NCBI RefSeq assembly: GCF_001194135.2 | Contig: NC_068989.1 | Coordinates: forward strand, 88,511,946 to 88,575,945 | Source: Octopus bimaculoides | Taxonomy: Eukaryota | Direction: 5' to 3' | Length of the DNA: 64,000 nt | Shown here: positions 62,401 to 64,000 of the stretch, one piece after another | How the letters are laid out: each line of letters begins with the position of its first letter | Numbering within the stretch: the stretch's first letter is position 1 | Translations under genes and position numbers: made by a program | The notes under the pieces: generated by a model | The model's database searches: none | What the model saw: only the letters and a program-made list of their open reading frames with translations | Told to the model about the DNA's origin: nothing

Positions 62401-62557
62401 TGGTATGGCCAAGAAAAACAAGCATCAATACAGACTCATGCTGGAAAAAAATACAAACCATTCACATTGAACAATCAGTTTAGTAGATGTGAAAAAACCC
62501 CATTTAATGTTAATAATATAATCTCTAACTTAAAACATATTTATTCTTGCTGCAGAA

Positions 62558-62813
62558 CAATGGTTCTCGACCCTTTTTTTTTTATTCATGGGCCCCTTTG
62601 GTTCCTATTTTATTCTACTGGACCCCTGTAGCTATTTGAAGTTTAAAAAAATTCTTTATATTTTTGACTAAATATAATTAGGAATTGTGTAAAAATATTG
62701 TTAAAGGATTTTGTGTATTATAGAAGTATTTCCAATTTATTGCACTTAGATTTTAACAACAAAATCTTACATAGACCCTTAAGGGTCATATGGGCCCAGA
62801 TTGAGAACCACTG
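62558..62813. mobile_element. hAT (Charlie-like) MITE
   Basis: TIRs CAaTGGTTCTC / GAGAACCACTG with an 8-bp TSD ctgcagaa / ctgtagaa (7/8 match). Confidence 0.85.
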
Positions 62814-64000
62814 CTGTAGAATAAAAGATGTTTTATTTTCCGAAATTTGTAGTGTTAAATCTGTTCTACTTGCATACAGAACAAAATGATTTCAGTAGAA
62901 AAAAAAGAAAATGGAGATGATCACAGAGATTTGAACCCAGGAACCTTGGGCAATGAACACATTGTTTGGGTATTTCAAATTATGCAAATACTAGTGTAAT
63001 GTCAGATGCTGCACTAGTAATATGCTTCAAGTGAAACAACAGTGTTATGCACATAAATTATGTTGCATAAATGCATGTACCGTTTTTAAAGTGCAACAGA
63101 AGATAAAAAAAAACTTGAGTGAAATGAAAAATATATAAATAAAGAAAATATATAAAAAGTGCAAAAAAGACAAAAAAAATTCTTCCCCCAAAAAACAAAA
63201 ATAAATTTTAACCATGTTTTCCTTTGCATTATCATCATTGTTATTCGGTCGCCAGACATCCCCTACTCTTCCACTCATTTCTACCCTCCCCCTATTTTGA
63301 AGCTATCTCGTAATACCTCATTACCACTAATTTTAATTACTTTCCTGCTCAACCCAAACACTCCTCATTCTCTCTTCTAAAATACGAGCAGTCATGTAGA
63401 CCTAGGACAGCAAGAAATTTATTCTGATCTACTCCCTCTTTTTCTCTCATAGTTTACCTCTCTCTCCATTTCACATCTTCTCACATAAAGTTGCCCTTCT
63501 TGGGGTTCATAGTCTCCCAAACTGCATCGCAGCTAAGAATGATCTTTAATAATAAGTAAATTGATCTCCCTGATGTATGTAAGACTTTAGTAATAGGGGG
63601 ATTTAAAAGCTCTGTCTCAATAAACCCCTAAAAAGAAAACTCAGTCTATGAAGAAATTCCAACACAGGAGTGAAATATCTTTTTCTATTTTATTTGTGTC
63701 AGAGCTAATTTTTCTGTTAAACCTAATACTTCATCATCATCACCATCATCGTTTAATGTCCACTTTCCATGCTGGCATGGGTTGGACAGTTTGACTGAGG
63801 ACTGGCAAGCCAGAAGGCTGCTGTAGGCTCCAATCTCATCTGGCAAGGTGTCTACAGCTGGATGCCCTTCCTAATGCCATCCACTCCGAGAGTGGAACAG
63901 GTGCTTTTTATGTGCCACCAGCATTGGGGCCAGTCAGGTGGCACTGGCATCTACCACACTTGAATGGTGCTTTTTACGTGCCACTGGCACTGGCATCGGC

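Overview
AT-rich, microsatellite-dense animal DNA from a gapped short-read assembly; the SINE/LINE content looks like an Octopus-type coleoid genome (inference from repeat recognition). Two spliced protein-coding genes can be reconstructed, facing tail to tail. (1) Plus strand: a 5'-incomplete gene for a Cys-rich, heavily N-glycosylatable protein with a DUF4773-like domain (exons 13532-14100, 22873-22930, 31732-31976; 290 aa visible). (2) Minus strand: a complete four-exon, 453-aa, highly divergent alpha-tubulin (56086-56081, 53428-53206, 48145-47972, 42514-41556). The tubulin is the main candidate for new biology. Its frame, splice sites, N-site GTP-binding motifs and EEY tail are intact. However, the T7/H8 residues that trigger GTP hydrolysis in beta-tubulin are replaced (N249Q, D251N, E254A in canonical numbering), as are the MREC autoregulation motif, K40, the M-loop and part of the H12 motor-binding surface. 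It also has a perfect heat-shock element just upstream of the ATG and three tandem covarying stem-loops in the 3' UTR. The rest is SINEs, decayed RTE, CR1/L2, R4/Dong and Tx1/L1 LINE ends, mariner/pogo/hAT/piggyBac/Helitron remnants (including a ~255-bp-arm foldback mariner), minisatellites and N gaps. All alignments were done by eye from remembered canonical sequences; no database search was run.
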